Source of the DNA: a bacterium
GTDB taxonomy: Bacteria > Electryoneota > Electryoneia > Electryoneales > Electryoneaceae
NCBI GenBank assembly: GCA_963675295.2
Contig: CAXXKJ010000002.1
Location: 1,536,001 to 1,600,000, forward strand
Length of the DNA stretch: 64,000 nucleotides
Reading direction: 5' to 3'
Under the pieces are notes generated by a model, which ran no database searches, was not told where the DNA came from, and was given only the letters and a program-made list of their open reading frames with translations. This document shows, piece after piece, positions 32,204-41,105 of the stretch (the stretch's first letter is position 1; each line of letters starts with the position of its first letter). Made by a program: the position numbers and the translations under genes.

Positions 32204-33361
32204 GTGGTATTTTGCTCACAGGGTTCCAATCCGGGGGGAATTGTGACTGGTCAAGGTCTGATTTCTAAACTCACCATCCTTCTCTTCAGCCTTCTCATGA
32301 TCGCCACAACCCCGGCAGCAGCCTGCACGCTGTTCGTCATTGACGACGATTCAACAGTCATTTTCGGACGCACACTCGATTGGGATCGACCGATCCCGGG
32401 CGCGGTGTTTGTCAACCCACGCGGTCTCGTGAAAACATCGTTGCCGTGGCACGGTGGATGGCCGGTCGCAGGTGAGGCGACCACCAGGCTGTGGGCGGCG
32501 GCGTACGGGTCGGTGACCTTCAGCGCGTACGGGCGCGACTTCATCGCAAGCGGCATGAACGAGGCGGGGCTGGTGATTGCGGAAACGAGCTGGATCGCGG
32601 AGTACGCACCGGTGGATGACCGGCCGTCAATCTCGTGCGCGCAGTGGATGCAGTACCAGTTGGACAACTACGCGACGGTCAAGGATGTCGTGTCGCATGT
32701 GGACGATCTGCGTCTCGACGGCGAGGGCTGGCATTTCATGGTCGCGGATGCGTCCGGCGATGTCGCGGTGATCGAATCGACACGGGGCGGGGCGAAGGTG
32801 TTTCGCCGCGATCGCTTGCTCAAGTATTCGATACTGACGAACGCGGGCTGCATGCAGTTGATCGGATATCAGGCAATGGTCGATCAGTCGAGTGGATCAC
32901 TCAGTTCCAATATGGCTGCTGGTGATGATTCGTATGCGCGGTACTTGCGTGGGATGCGATATCTGCGCGAACGACGCAAGGAATCATCGCCAGTCACAGT
33001 CGAAGACGCATGGCGGATGATTGACAGCGTGCGGGTGAGCGACACACGCCGAGAGATCGTGTTCGATGCGACCAACCGGACGGTGAGCTGGGTGACCGAT
33101 ACAGATCGGACCCGTCGAACCCTGCACCTCTCAGATCTCCAGTTCGAGGCGCGGTCGCCGGTGTTGATGCTGAACGTGGATGCGGCACCAGCGGAGGATG
33201 TTGCGTTGGCCCTGGAACCGTATTCGTTGCGTTGGAACCGGGAGCTGGTGGATGCAGCGATGCGTGCGATTCACGGGGAAGTGGCAGGTGACAAGCCGCT
33301 GACCCCACAGGGATTCAGCTTCGATCAGGCAGTAGAAGTAATCGCGACTCATCCGCGATAG
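32204..33361 (+). CDS. Linear amide C-N hydrolase (choloylglycine hydrolase/penicillin V acylase family), secreted; start uncertain
   Basis: Signal peptide ending AAA-C (Ntn nucleophile Cys), 'GRTLDW', 'GMNEAGL', 'LTN'. Confidence 0.85.
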   Translation: MVFCSQGSNPGGIVTGQGLISKLTILLFSLLMIATTPAAACTLFVIDDDSTVIFGRTLDWDRPIPGAVFVNPRGLVKTSLPWHGGWPVAGEATTRLWAAAYGSVTFSAYGRDFIASGMNEAGLVIAETSWIAEYAPVDDRPSISCAQWMQYQLDNYATVKDVVSHVDDLRLDGEGWHFMVADASGDVAVIESTRGGAKVFRRDRLLKYSILTNAGCMQLIGYQAMVDQSSGSLSSNMAAGDDSYARYLRGMRYLRERRKESSPVTVEDAWRMIDSVRVSDTRREIVFDATNRTVSWVTDTDRTRRTLHLSDLQFEARSPVLMLNVDAAPAEDVALALEPYSLRWNRELVDAAMRAIHGEVAGDKPLTPQGFSFDQAVEVIATHPR

Positions 33362-33386
33362 CCGCGCGTAGCCATCTCAACGTTCC

Positions 33387-34070
33387 CTACTTCTCATCCT
33401 CCCACGGTGGCGTGTTGAAATCGGGGAGGAAGGGGACGGTGATCCCGCCTCGTTCCGGGATCGGCACAGCGGCCTGTTTCGCGCCGTAGCCGTTTTCCAC
33501 CGGTGCGAGATCAACCCAGACATAGCCGCCGAGACCGGTGTCCGGAGGATCCTGCACGTAGACTCCGCTGCCCGCTCGCCATGTCGAATCGCGTTTCTCG
33601 GTAACACGATAGGTCGCGGACGATTTCGGCGGGGTGGAGGGTTCGACGCTGAGTTTGCCGCTGGCGGTGTAACGGATCATCCAGCCGGTCGCGCCCCATT
33701 CGGATCGTGGTACACCCGCGCGGAGACCAACCTCCGGCAGCATCAAGTCGACCTGTCCGGTTCCGGGTGGCAGGACCAGCCAGTAGGCGCCGCGTTTCAG
33801 GTTGCGCAGGGTACCGCGCCACTCGCCTGATGGGCCATGATACCAGGCGGCGAGGGCCGGGTTCTCGTTGGCGGTGAACAGTCGCGGGGCGGTGGAAAAG
33901 CTGTCTCCGCCTGGGATTTGCGAACCGAGCAGGGACTGGACGGTTGCGTTGTCGCCTGTGTCGCCGAACTCGAGCCAGGAGATTCCGTCACGCACGGTGA
34001 TCTCTTCCGCCGGTGCGGGATTTGCGATGCATAGAATCAGGATGATCAGGAACGGAACACTGGTTCTCAT
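33387..34070 (-). CDS. Hypothetical secreted protein
   Basis: GGAGG RBS and signal peptide MRTSVPFLIILILCIANPAPA. Confidence 0.65.
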   Translation of the reverse strand: MRTSVPFLIILILCIANPAPAEEITVRDGISWLEFGDTGDNATVQSLLGSQIPGGDSFSTAPRLFTANENPALAAWYHGPSGEWRGTLRNLKRGAYWLVLPPGTGQVDLMLPEVGLRAGVPRSEWGATGWMIRYTASGKLSVEPSTPPKSSATYRVTEKRDSTWRAGSGVYVQDPPDTGLGGYVWVDLAPVENGYGAKQAAVPIPERGGITVPFLPDFNTPPWEDEK

Positions 34071-34254
34071 CGAAAGCGCCTCCACGGGAACTGGATAGCG
34101 GTAGTGTAGGCATGCCAGCGCTTCGGATGCTACTGATACGGTTGAGTGGATTGTCTGAACCGGCTCGGGGTGGCTGGTGATACCCCTCTCGACTTGCTTG
34201 CCCTGCGAACCCTCAACGAGTAGCTTAGACGCTCGTTCCACGGAGTCCAGCCCG

Positions 34255-34635
34255 ATGGCCGAAGCGTTACGTTTGGATCACTACCTCTTCCGAGCGCGTT
34301 TGTTCAAGAGCCGTTCGCAGGCGACGAATGCGTGCAAGGAAGGGCGTGTACAGATTAATGACGTGACCGGGAAGGCGTCGTCCGACGTTCATGCGGACGA
34401 TGTCATCAAGATCCGGATGAAAGGGCTCTATCGTCACATCCGGGTGCTGGTCCTGCCTGGCAAGAACATGCCGAAGGACAAGGCGAAAGAAACGTGGCAG
34501 GATGAGACACCGGAGGACGTGCTGAAGCAGTGGGAGATGATCAATCTCGCGCAGCGGAGCATGGCTCACAAGAATGAGGGGCCGCGTCCGACGAAAAAGG
34601 AACGGCGGGATTTGCGAAAGATTCGCGGGCACTGA
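34255..34635 (+). CDS. hslR: Ribosome-associated heat shock protein Hsp15 (S4 domain)
   Basis: 'RLDHYLFRARLFKSRSQA...GRV' and C-terminal 'RPTKKERRDL'. Confidence 0.9.
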   Translation: MAEALRLDHYLFRARLFKSRSQATNACKEGRVQINDVTGKASSDVHADDVIKIRMKGLYRHIRVLVLPGKNMPKDKAKETWQDETPEDVLKQWEMINLAQRSMAHKNEGPRPTKKERRDLRKIRGH

Positions 34636-34666
34636 CGTCGCGCATGGAAGGTGGTCTGGGAGTGTG

Positions 34667-35122
34667 ATGAAGAAGAACCGTCTGCACGATAAATTGACTG
34701 ACGATAACGTGTTTCTCGATGTCGAGGCGTCGGACCGTTACGAGCTGATCCGTGAGGTAGCGAAACGGTTGGCGAAGATTGAGGATGTCAGCGACGTGAA
34801 GCAGCTCTCCGACGACGCGATTCAGCGTGAAAAGGAACTGTCTACCGGGATCGACCGTGGGATCGCGATGCCGCACGCGCGCACGAACGCGGTGTCGAAG
34901 TTGATTTGTGCATTCGTGCGTCCTGCCCAGCCGATCGACTTTGGCAGTGAGGACGGCATGCCATGCGATCTCATCTTTTTCTCAGCAGTACCTCGGAAGT
35001 GTGTGGACCAGTATCTGCATTTTACCGCAGGGATCGTGCGGCAGCTGCAACAGCCGGGTGCTCGTGAAGCATTGCGTGCCGCGCAGAACGCGAAGGACGT
35101 GTTGTCTGCTCTCGGCTTGTAG
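34667..35122 (+). CDS. PTS EIIA (Ntr/fructose-type) domain protein
   Basis: 'REKELSTGIDRGIAMPHAR' phospho-His motif. Confidence 0.88.
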   Translation: MKKNRLHDKLTDDNVFLDVEASDRYELIREVAKRLAKIEDVSDVKQLSDDAIQREKELSTGIDRGIAMPHARTNAVSKLICAFVRPAQPIDFGSEDGMPCDLIFFSAVPRKCVDQYLHFTAGIVRQLQQPGAREALRAAQNAKDVLSALGL

Positions 35123-35191
35123 CACAAGTTTAGCGATATTCAGCAATTCTTGTTGGTTACCTCTCGCAAGCTCCGAATCTCCGAAACGCTC

Positions 35192-35219
35192 TCAAGGTTT
35201 TCGCCTCTCATTCCGATAA
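35192..35219 (+). promoter_or_regulatory. Putative sigma28-type promoter for the MerR gene
   Basis: TCAA-N16-TCCGATAA about 100 nt upstream of the ATG. Confidence 0.4.
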
Positions 35220-35317
35220 GAATGACAGGAATCCTCCCGTTTTTGCAAGGGGCGGCAGGATTCGTCAATCCGCAACGATGATCCGGCGGCGGTATTGCCG
35301 AAGGGAAGGGTAGCTCC

Positions 35318-35743
35318 ATGTCCAGTAGCCATCACGCAAGTGAGGACAGCGAGCTTTATTCGATTTCACAGGTAAACGCACTGACGGGTGTGGCTGCCCC
35401 CACTCTGCGGAAGTGGGAAAACGCGTTCAAAGATTACCTCAATGTGGTTCGAACGCGGGGGGGACAACGCCGGTTCAATGAAGATGCGATACGCAAAATC
35501 GAAACGCTGAAGCGGCTCATTTACGAAGAAGGGCTCTCCTTACAGGGGGCCCGTAAACGTCTCGAAGAACTTGAATCCCGTGTCAATATCGAGTCGTCCT
35601 CCTCACCGGCGGACATCGAGAAGCTGTCGGAGATGGTTACTGACCTGCTGATCGAAAAGCTGTTCCGGCGGGGAGTGGTACCTCCAAACGGCGACAACCT
35701 GTTCAACAACGGCGAAAACGGGAACGGCCCCACCACGAACTGA
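35318..35743 (+). CDS. MerR-family HTH regulator
   Basis: 'YSISQV...TGV..PTLRKWE...RTRGGQRRF...LIYEEGLSLQGAR'. Confidence 0.9.
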   Translation: MSSSHHASEDSELYSISQVNALTGVAAPTLRKWENAFKDYLNVVRTRGGQRRFNEDAIRKIETLKRLIYEEGLSLQGARKRLEELESRVNIESSSSPADIEKLSEMVTDLLIEKLFRRGVVPPNGDNLFNNGENGNGPTTN

Positions 35744-35814
35744 TCTGACAGCCCGCAGTTGACCATTTGGACCCCGCTTGCGAAGTGCAGCCGGGGCTGC
35801 GTGTTTTATGGGGA

Positions 35815-38154
35815 TTACTCCTCGATTTCCACATCCAGTTGTGAGTTCAGCCAGATGATAACCTGCCCCTGCATTTCGGGATCGAGCGCGGCGGAGAGGT
35901 TCGGCTGCTGCAGGTCGATGTTCCCTTTCTGACGGTACAAACCGTACACCTTTTTCGCCTGCTTGTAAGCTTCCATCTGCCGGTGATGGTCAACTCGCCA
36001 GTTCAGCCGTGGTTGGATCAACAGCAGCGGTTTTGGCGCGGAGGCGGCGAGCAGGTGCGGCAGATCGTACGGTATCGGCTTCTCATTGTCCGCCAGTAAT
36101 GCCAGTTGCGGCTGGAGGAGCCGCTGTCGTGCGAACAGGTCGAGGTAGTTGTGTCCGGTGCGGACCTCGGATTTGTCCAACGGACCCGGCGGGCAGAGGG
36201 CGATGGTGCCGGCGTGACGGTGTTCGAGCGCGGCGGTGTGCAGCGCGACCCACGCGCCGAGGCCATACCCCATGATGTAGATCTGGTCCGGGTCGATCTG
36301 CGGCATCTCCGTCATCCGGTCGAATGCCGAACGCGCGTCCCAGACCATCTTGCCGAGCAACGACCAGTCGGGGAAACGGGTGTAAAACTCGGCGTCCTCG
36401 TCGATCCGGCGGCCGTACCCGATCATGTCGAAGCAGAAGACGGCGTATCCGGCTTTCGCGAGGCGGCGATAGAAGTGTTCGCCGAGACGGTAGCCGGCGA
36501 CATAGCCCTTGGGCCGGTTCGCGGCGTGCAGGAAGAGGATGCCGGGCAAGGTCTGGCCCGTCGTCGCGGCGGACGAGGAGACGTACAGGTCACCGCTGAT
36601 GTAATCCCCGAAAACAACCTCCACACGATCCACGTCACTGCCGGCGTTCTGGCGTTCAAGTAACATTCGCACATGTTTCGGATCGTGCCCGTAGTCAATT
36701 TTATCGCCCGAAGCTGCGGGCGGGTGGGTACCGAGCACGGTGCGGATGTTCTGCTGAATCTGCCAGCGCTTGCCCAGCCACGTGTCCTTGTGGTCGACGT
36801 CCTCCCCGTTGTTCAGCGTGAGCAGGTCCGGTGAGTAGTCGTCCGGCAGGTCGAGGGTGATGTCGGTTTTCTCGTTCCACGCGTCCCAGTTGGTGGGGTG
36901 GATGAACCTGTCGGTGGCGCGGGCTGGATCGCCATCGAAAGCACCGTCCAGCCAGTCGAAATAGCGCTGGATGATTTCCGGATGAGTCTCGTGGCCACCG
37001 CTCCGCCATTGAACTTGCAGGTTGTCGGCAGCATCGTACAGCTCCCACGCCGGCCGTGCGGCTTCCATCGATTGTTCGATTGCCCAGGTTTGTTCGACGC
37101 CGTCATTGATCGCGGTGCTGACGAGGCACGGTCGTGGCGCAATCAACGCGAGCTGATGCTGCATGTCGTAGGGCAGCCGGTCTTCCCGTCCCGCGAAGAA
37201 CCGCAGCCACGGGCTGAACCAGGTGGGGAAGACGCGGGTCATGCGTTCGATGCTCTCGGCGTATTCGTACTCGGAGCTGATCCGCCAGGGCATGATCCCG
37301 CCCGCTCCGGCGCTGCTGGAGATGACGGCGTCAATGCGGTCATCAAACGCTGCCGCGATCAACGATTGCTTGCCGTTTCGGGAGTGCCCGCCGATGGCGA
37401 TGCGGGAGGTGTCGGCCTTGTCGAAGGTTTCGAGGAAATCGACGACACGGCTCGCCGCCCACGCTCGTTTCGCGAGTAGTGACCAGTCGAAATTTGGATA
37501 CGCGTTGCTGAATTTCGCGGCGTCATCCTCGATGTCCGCGGCGGCGTAGACGACGCCGATGTACCCGCGTTGCAACGCGATCCGTGCCCACGACCGGTGG
37601 TTGCTCTGGGTCATGAAGACGGGGAAAGGGCCGTCGCCGTCGGGAATGAAGAGTTCGATTCGCAGCGAGGCCTGGTGGGTTGAATCCGCACCGAAATGGA
37701 GCCGATAGCGCCGGGACATGGCGTTCCACTCCATCGTGGACTCGAGGCGTTCGACGATGACCGTATCCGGCGCAGGGGGCATCAGGCCGAGCTGCCAGCG
37801 TTGCAGCGTATCCTTGATCGCGGAGCGTTGGTCCAGCCACTCGCTGATGCTGCCGACCGGGTCGCCGTCCGGATTCTCCAGCGGGATCAGCGGGTTGATC
37901 AGTCCAGGGATGGACTTGAACTCGTTGAATGCTGGTGGTTCGGCACCGGTTTGCAGCAGCCATTCGGTGAACGCTTCGCTCTCCGGCAGCACGCTGATCG
38001 CGGTACGTACCTCCCGGCTAAGTTCCGGCTTGCTGCTGGATTTCGTTGCCGCGCAGGCGGTCAATGGAATCAACAGCAGTACGATAAGCCAGGCGAAACG
38101 GCGAGCGGTACGTGACAGGTTCGGGTTCAACTGCATCCTGCGGTGAGTGGTCAT
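35815..38154 (-). CDS. Exported (probable lipoprotein) two-domain alpha/beta hydrolase: CE15/glucuronoyl-esterase-like domain plus a second esterase-like domain
   Basis: 'LTAC' lipobox; 'AWAASRVVD', 'GHSRNGKQ', 'IAPRP'; second domain has 'GYGLGA' at the nucleophile elbow. Confidence 0.75.
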   Translation of the reverse strand: MTTHRRMQLNPNLSRTARRFAWLIVLLLIPLTACAATKSSSKPELSREVRTAISVLPESEAFTEWLLQTGAEPPAFNEFKSIPGLINPLIPLENPDGDPVGSISEWLDQRSAIKDTLQRWQLGLMPPAPDTVIVERLESTMEWNAMSRRYRLHFGADSTHQASLRIELFIPDGDGPFPVFMTQSNHRSWARIALQRGYIGVVYAAADIEDDAAKFSNAYPNFDWSLLAKRAWAASRVVDFLETFDKADTSRIAIGGHSRNGKQSLIAAAFDDRIDAVISSSAGAGGIMPWRISSEYEYAESIERMTRVFPTWFSPWLRFFAGREDRLPYDMQHQLALIAPRPCLVSTAINDGVEQTWAIEQSMEAARPAWELYDAADNLQVQWRSGGHETHPEIIQRYFDWLDGAFDGDPARATDRFIHPTNWDAWNEKTDITLDLPDDYSPDLLTLNNGEDVDHKDTWLGKRWQIQQNIRTVLGTHPPAASGDKIDYGHDPKHVRMLLERQNAGSDVDRVEVVFGDYISGDLYVSSSAATTGQTLPGILFLHAANRPKGYVAGYRLGEHFYRRLAKAGYAVFCFDMIGYGRRIDEDAEFYTRFPDWSLLGKMVWDARSAFDRMTEMPQIDPDQIYIMGYGLGAWVALHTAALEHRHAGTIALCPPGPLDKSEVRTGHNYLDLFARQRLLQPQLALLADNEKPIPYDLPHLLAASAPKPLLLIQPRLNWRVDHHRQMEAYKQAKKVYGLYRQKGNIDLQQPNLSAALDPEMQGQVIIWLNSQLDVEIEE

Positions 38155-38433
38155 GGCGCAGATCGTCTCTGGATTCTTGGGTGTGACGCCGGTCACATCA
38201 ATGCGTGTCGTCTGGAACCGGCCGTTTGCTGAAGAGTATAGGCAGATACAGGCAGACAGGGACCGGGAGCCGAAGGTTCCTCCAGTGGAGACAGAGACGC
38301 AACCCGGCGGAACTCGCCCCGGTCAGAGATCGTACAACAGATAGAACAACAGCGAGCGCTTTTCGAAAGATCGTACAGTTCCCGACATCCCCTCCGCTTT
38401 CGCTTACCTCCCTGGGCGGGAGCGGTCTCCCAA

Positions 38434-38467
38434 CGGGTGGGCTTCACAGCCCACCCGGTCTTTTTTA
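38434..38467 (+). terminator. Strong rho-independent terminator with no upstream plus-strand gene
   Basis: CGGGTGGGCT-tcac-AGCCCACCCG followed by a T run. Confidence 0.75.
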
Positions 38468-38584
38468 CCTGCAGCCTCCATGAGATTTCAACCATGCAAT
38501 TGGGGTTACTGTTAAGGTTTTAATTGCGTACGCGACAAATTCGTCGTACCCTCTTCGCGATTGCTTGCTAACCGGGACACACGC

Positions 38585-39715
38585 ATGGCTCACATTTTGA
38601 TTCTGGGCGCTGGACGGCAGGGACGTGCCGCCGCGCTTGACCTTTTAAACGATGGCGACACGATCACCTTTGTCGACCGTTCCGAACTCCACCTGCAAAC
38701 CGCCCTTGAAATGTTGAATTTGCCACCGGAACGTGGACAGGTGGCGGATCTCAGCAATTCGGAGGAACTGGCTCCGTTCTTTGACGAGGCAGATGGTGCG
38801 GTGTTCGCGGCGGACTACGGCTTGAACGAACAGTTGACCCGCATCGCGATCGCGCACAAGTGCCACACCGTCGATTATGGCGGCAATCACGACGTCGTGA
38901 ACGCGCAGCATGCGATGGATGAGGAGGCAAAAGCGGCTGGTGTCGCGATTGTGCCGGACTGCGGCCTGACACCGGGACTGGCGGGTGTGCTCGTCGCGGG
39001 CGGCATCAAGCGGCTGGACAACGACGCTCACCGTGCGGAGATTCGTGTCGGCGGGCTGCCGCTGAATCCGGACGGTCCGTTGAAATACGCGCTGGTGTTC
39101 AGCGTACGCGGTCTGATCAACGAGTACCTCGAGCCGAGCGTGGTGATCGACAAGGGGCACGTGACCACGAAACCGTCCCTGACTGGACTGGAAAGCCTGA
39201 GCTACGAGAACCGGCAGTTCGAGGCGTTCTACACCTCCGGCGGGGTCAGCACCCTGCCGCGCAGCTTCGGAAATGTGCTCAAGGACCTGGATTGCAAGAC
39301 GATCCGTTACCCCGGACACGCCGCAAAGATCAAGTTCCTGTTCGATCTCGGCTTCGGCGATGATTCGCACACACTCAGCAACGGCTTTTCCTGCACGCCG
39401 CGTCAAATGCTCGAGAAAATGCTCGAACATACCTTGCCGCACGATCCGCCGGACGAAGTGATCATGCGGGTGACGGTGATCGGTGACGGCAACCGCCGGA
39501 TCATCTACAGCATGCGCGACGTGTATGACGATGAATCCGGCCTGACCGCGATGCAGCGCACGACGGCGTGGCCCGGGTCACGGATTCTGAAGATGCTGCT
39601 CGATGGGACAATTCCCGATCGCGGGGTGTTGTACCAGGAGACGGCGGTGGATGCGGATGAGCTCATCCGTCAGTTGGGCGAACGTGGAATCCGGATCCAT
39701 GTGACCGAGAAGTGA
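38585..39715 (+). CDS. Saccharopine dehydrogenase / lysine 6-dehydrogenase family protein
   Basis: Rossmann 'LGAGRQG', 'DCGLTPGL', 'VGGLP', 'GLINEY', 'KTIRYPGH', 'AMQRTT'. Confidence 0.85.
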   Translation: MAHILILGAGRQGRAAALDLLNDGDTITFVDRSELHLQTALEMLNLPPERGQVADLSNSEELAPFFDEADGAVFAADYGLNEQLTRIAIAHKCHTVDYGGNHDVVNAQHAMDEEAKAAGVAIVPDCGLTPGLAGVLVAGGIKRLDNDAHRAEIRVGGLPLNPDGPLKYALVFSVRGLINEYLEPSVVIDKGHVTTKPSLTGLESLSYENRQFEAFYTSGGVSTLPRSFGNVLKDLDCKTIRYPGHAAKIKFLFDLGFGDDSHTLSNGFSCTPRQMLEKMLEHTLPHDPPDEVIMRVTVIGDGNRRIIYSMRDVYDDESGLTAMQRTTAWPGSRILKMLLDGTIPDRGVLYQETAVDADELIRQLGERGIRIHVTEK

Positions 39716-39898
39716 GTCGGAACGAAAGTCGAACGGAAGTACTGAGTAGGAAAGAAGTACAAAGATGATGAGAACAACGGGGACACTTAACGGAGTAAGT
39801 GTCCCCGTTTTATTTTATCCTCAATACCTCCGACCTCCGACCTCCGACCTCCGACCTCCGACGGGATTTTCCGAGAGACGAGAGACCAGAGACGAGAG
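39716..39898. repeat. Composite repeat: GAAGTAC units, GGGGACACTTA hairpin, (ACCTCCG)x5 and (GAGAGAC)n
   Basis: Same module order as 25989-26266; last part matches the reverse complement of the 6348/6450 repeat. Confidence 0.85.
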
Positions 39899-39905
39899 CC
39901 TGCTG

Positions 39906-40361
39906 TCAGTACACCCACGGAATCAGCTTCCGCACCCGTTTTTGATAGTCGATGTACTCCGGGTGGCGTTCCACCAGCCATTGTTCTTCCCGCTTGGTCT
40001 TGAAATCAAACAGGCCGAGCAGCAAAATCGTCAGCAGCAATCCGAGGAAGCTGAAGCGGAAAAGGCTGTACCCGAATGCACCAATCAGCACGGCAGCGTA
40101 AATCGGGTGCCGCACAATGCGGTATGGTCCGTGCTGGACGAGATGGTTGCCGTCACGCGGATGGGGAAGCGGGGTGAGGTTGCGTCCGAGGGCATAGAGT
40201 CCCCAAAGCCCCAAAATGGCACCGATGGCAAACAAAATCGCCCCGATGGGCCGGAGCACGGGCAGAGCATGCAACGGTCCCCAACTCGGGGCGAATGCAA
40301 TCGCAAAAAAGAGCAGGAACTGGATGACAACGTATCCTTCGCCTCGGCGTCCCATTCCCAT
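39906..40361 (-). CDS. Isoprenylcysteine carboxyl methyltransferase / PEMT-family membrane protein
   Basis: 'LVQHGPYRIVRHPIY', 'EEQWL', 'YIDY...LIPWVY'. Confidence 0.88.
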   Translation of the reverse strand: MGMGRRGEGYVVIQFLLFFAIAFAPSWGPLHALPVLRPIGAILFAIGAILGLWGLYALGRNLTPLPHPRDGNHLVQHGPYRIVRHPIYAAVLIGAFGYSLFRFSFLGLLLTILLLGLFDFKTKREEQWLVERHPEYIDYQKRVRKLIPWVY

Positions 40362-40381
40362 TGGCCAGTTCCCGTGTGTGA

Positions 40382-41065
40382 TCAGAACTTGAGCGTTTGC
40401 AAATGCTTCCGGGCGATGTCCTGGTACTCGTCCCAGTGGTCTTCCGGCGACATGTAGACGATGTTCAGGTGCTTGTCGCCGTGCTGGAAGACGAACATCT
40501 CGGCCATCATCCAGCCCATGTACCGCATGTCGGTGTTGTCCGCACGGAATCGCTGGACAACATGGATCGCGTCATGGCCGATGATCTCGGTCTTCTCGAT
40601 CGTCTTGATCTCGATGTCGTTCAGGTTCGCCTGATCGCGCATTGCCTTGCGGACCTCGTCCTCGAAGTCTTTCACCGAGATGTCGTCGATTTTCTTGCCC
40701 CGGAAATCTTCGGCGATCTCTTCCTGATCCTGAATGAAGAGGGTGAAGGCCTTGGTGTCTGGACCGTACATCTCGACCATGGCGTCGCCCTCTACCGCGA
40801 CCAGCGCTTTATCAACGACCATGCCGCTCCAGCCTTCCGGGATGTCGATGGTGTAGCCATACTCTTCGCTGTGATAGGTGCCCGGATCGACGGCTTCCGG
40901 CATCATCTCGTTGAGTTGCTGCATCATCTTCTGCATTTCTTCTGCGTCAACGCCTTGTTCCTGCAACTGCTTCATCAGCTCTTCCATGTCCTGCGCGGAG
41001 GCTGGTGTGAAGGAAAGGCAGACGGTCAGCAGGGTAACGATCAACATCGCGATCAGGGTACGCAT
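40382..41065 (-). CDS. Hypothetical secreted protein (PsbP-like fold possible)
   Basis: AGGAG RBS; signal peptide; 'YGYTIDIPEGW' motif. Confidence 0.65.
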   Translation of the reverse strand: MRTLIAMLIVTLLTVCLSFTPASAQDMEELMKQLQEQGVDAEEMQKMMQQLNEMMPEAVDPGTYHSEEYGYTIDIPEGWSGMVVDKALVAVEGDAMVEMYGPDTKAFTLFIQDQEEIAEDFRGKKIDDISVKDFEDEVRKAMRDQANLNDIEIKTIEKTEIIGHDAIHVVQRFRADNTDMRYMGWMMAEMFVFQHGDKHLNIVYMSPEDHWDEYQDIARKHLQTLKF

Positions 41066-41105
41066 GGTACTTCTCCTTCTTCGCACGTTTGCTGTGTTGC
41101 GGAGT

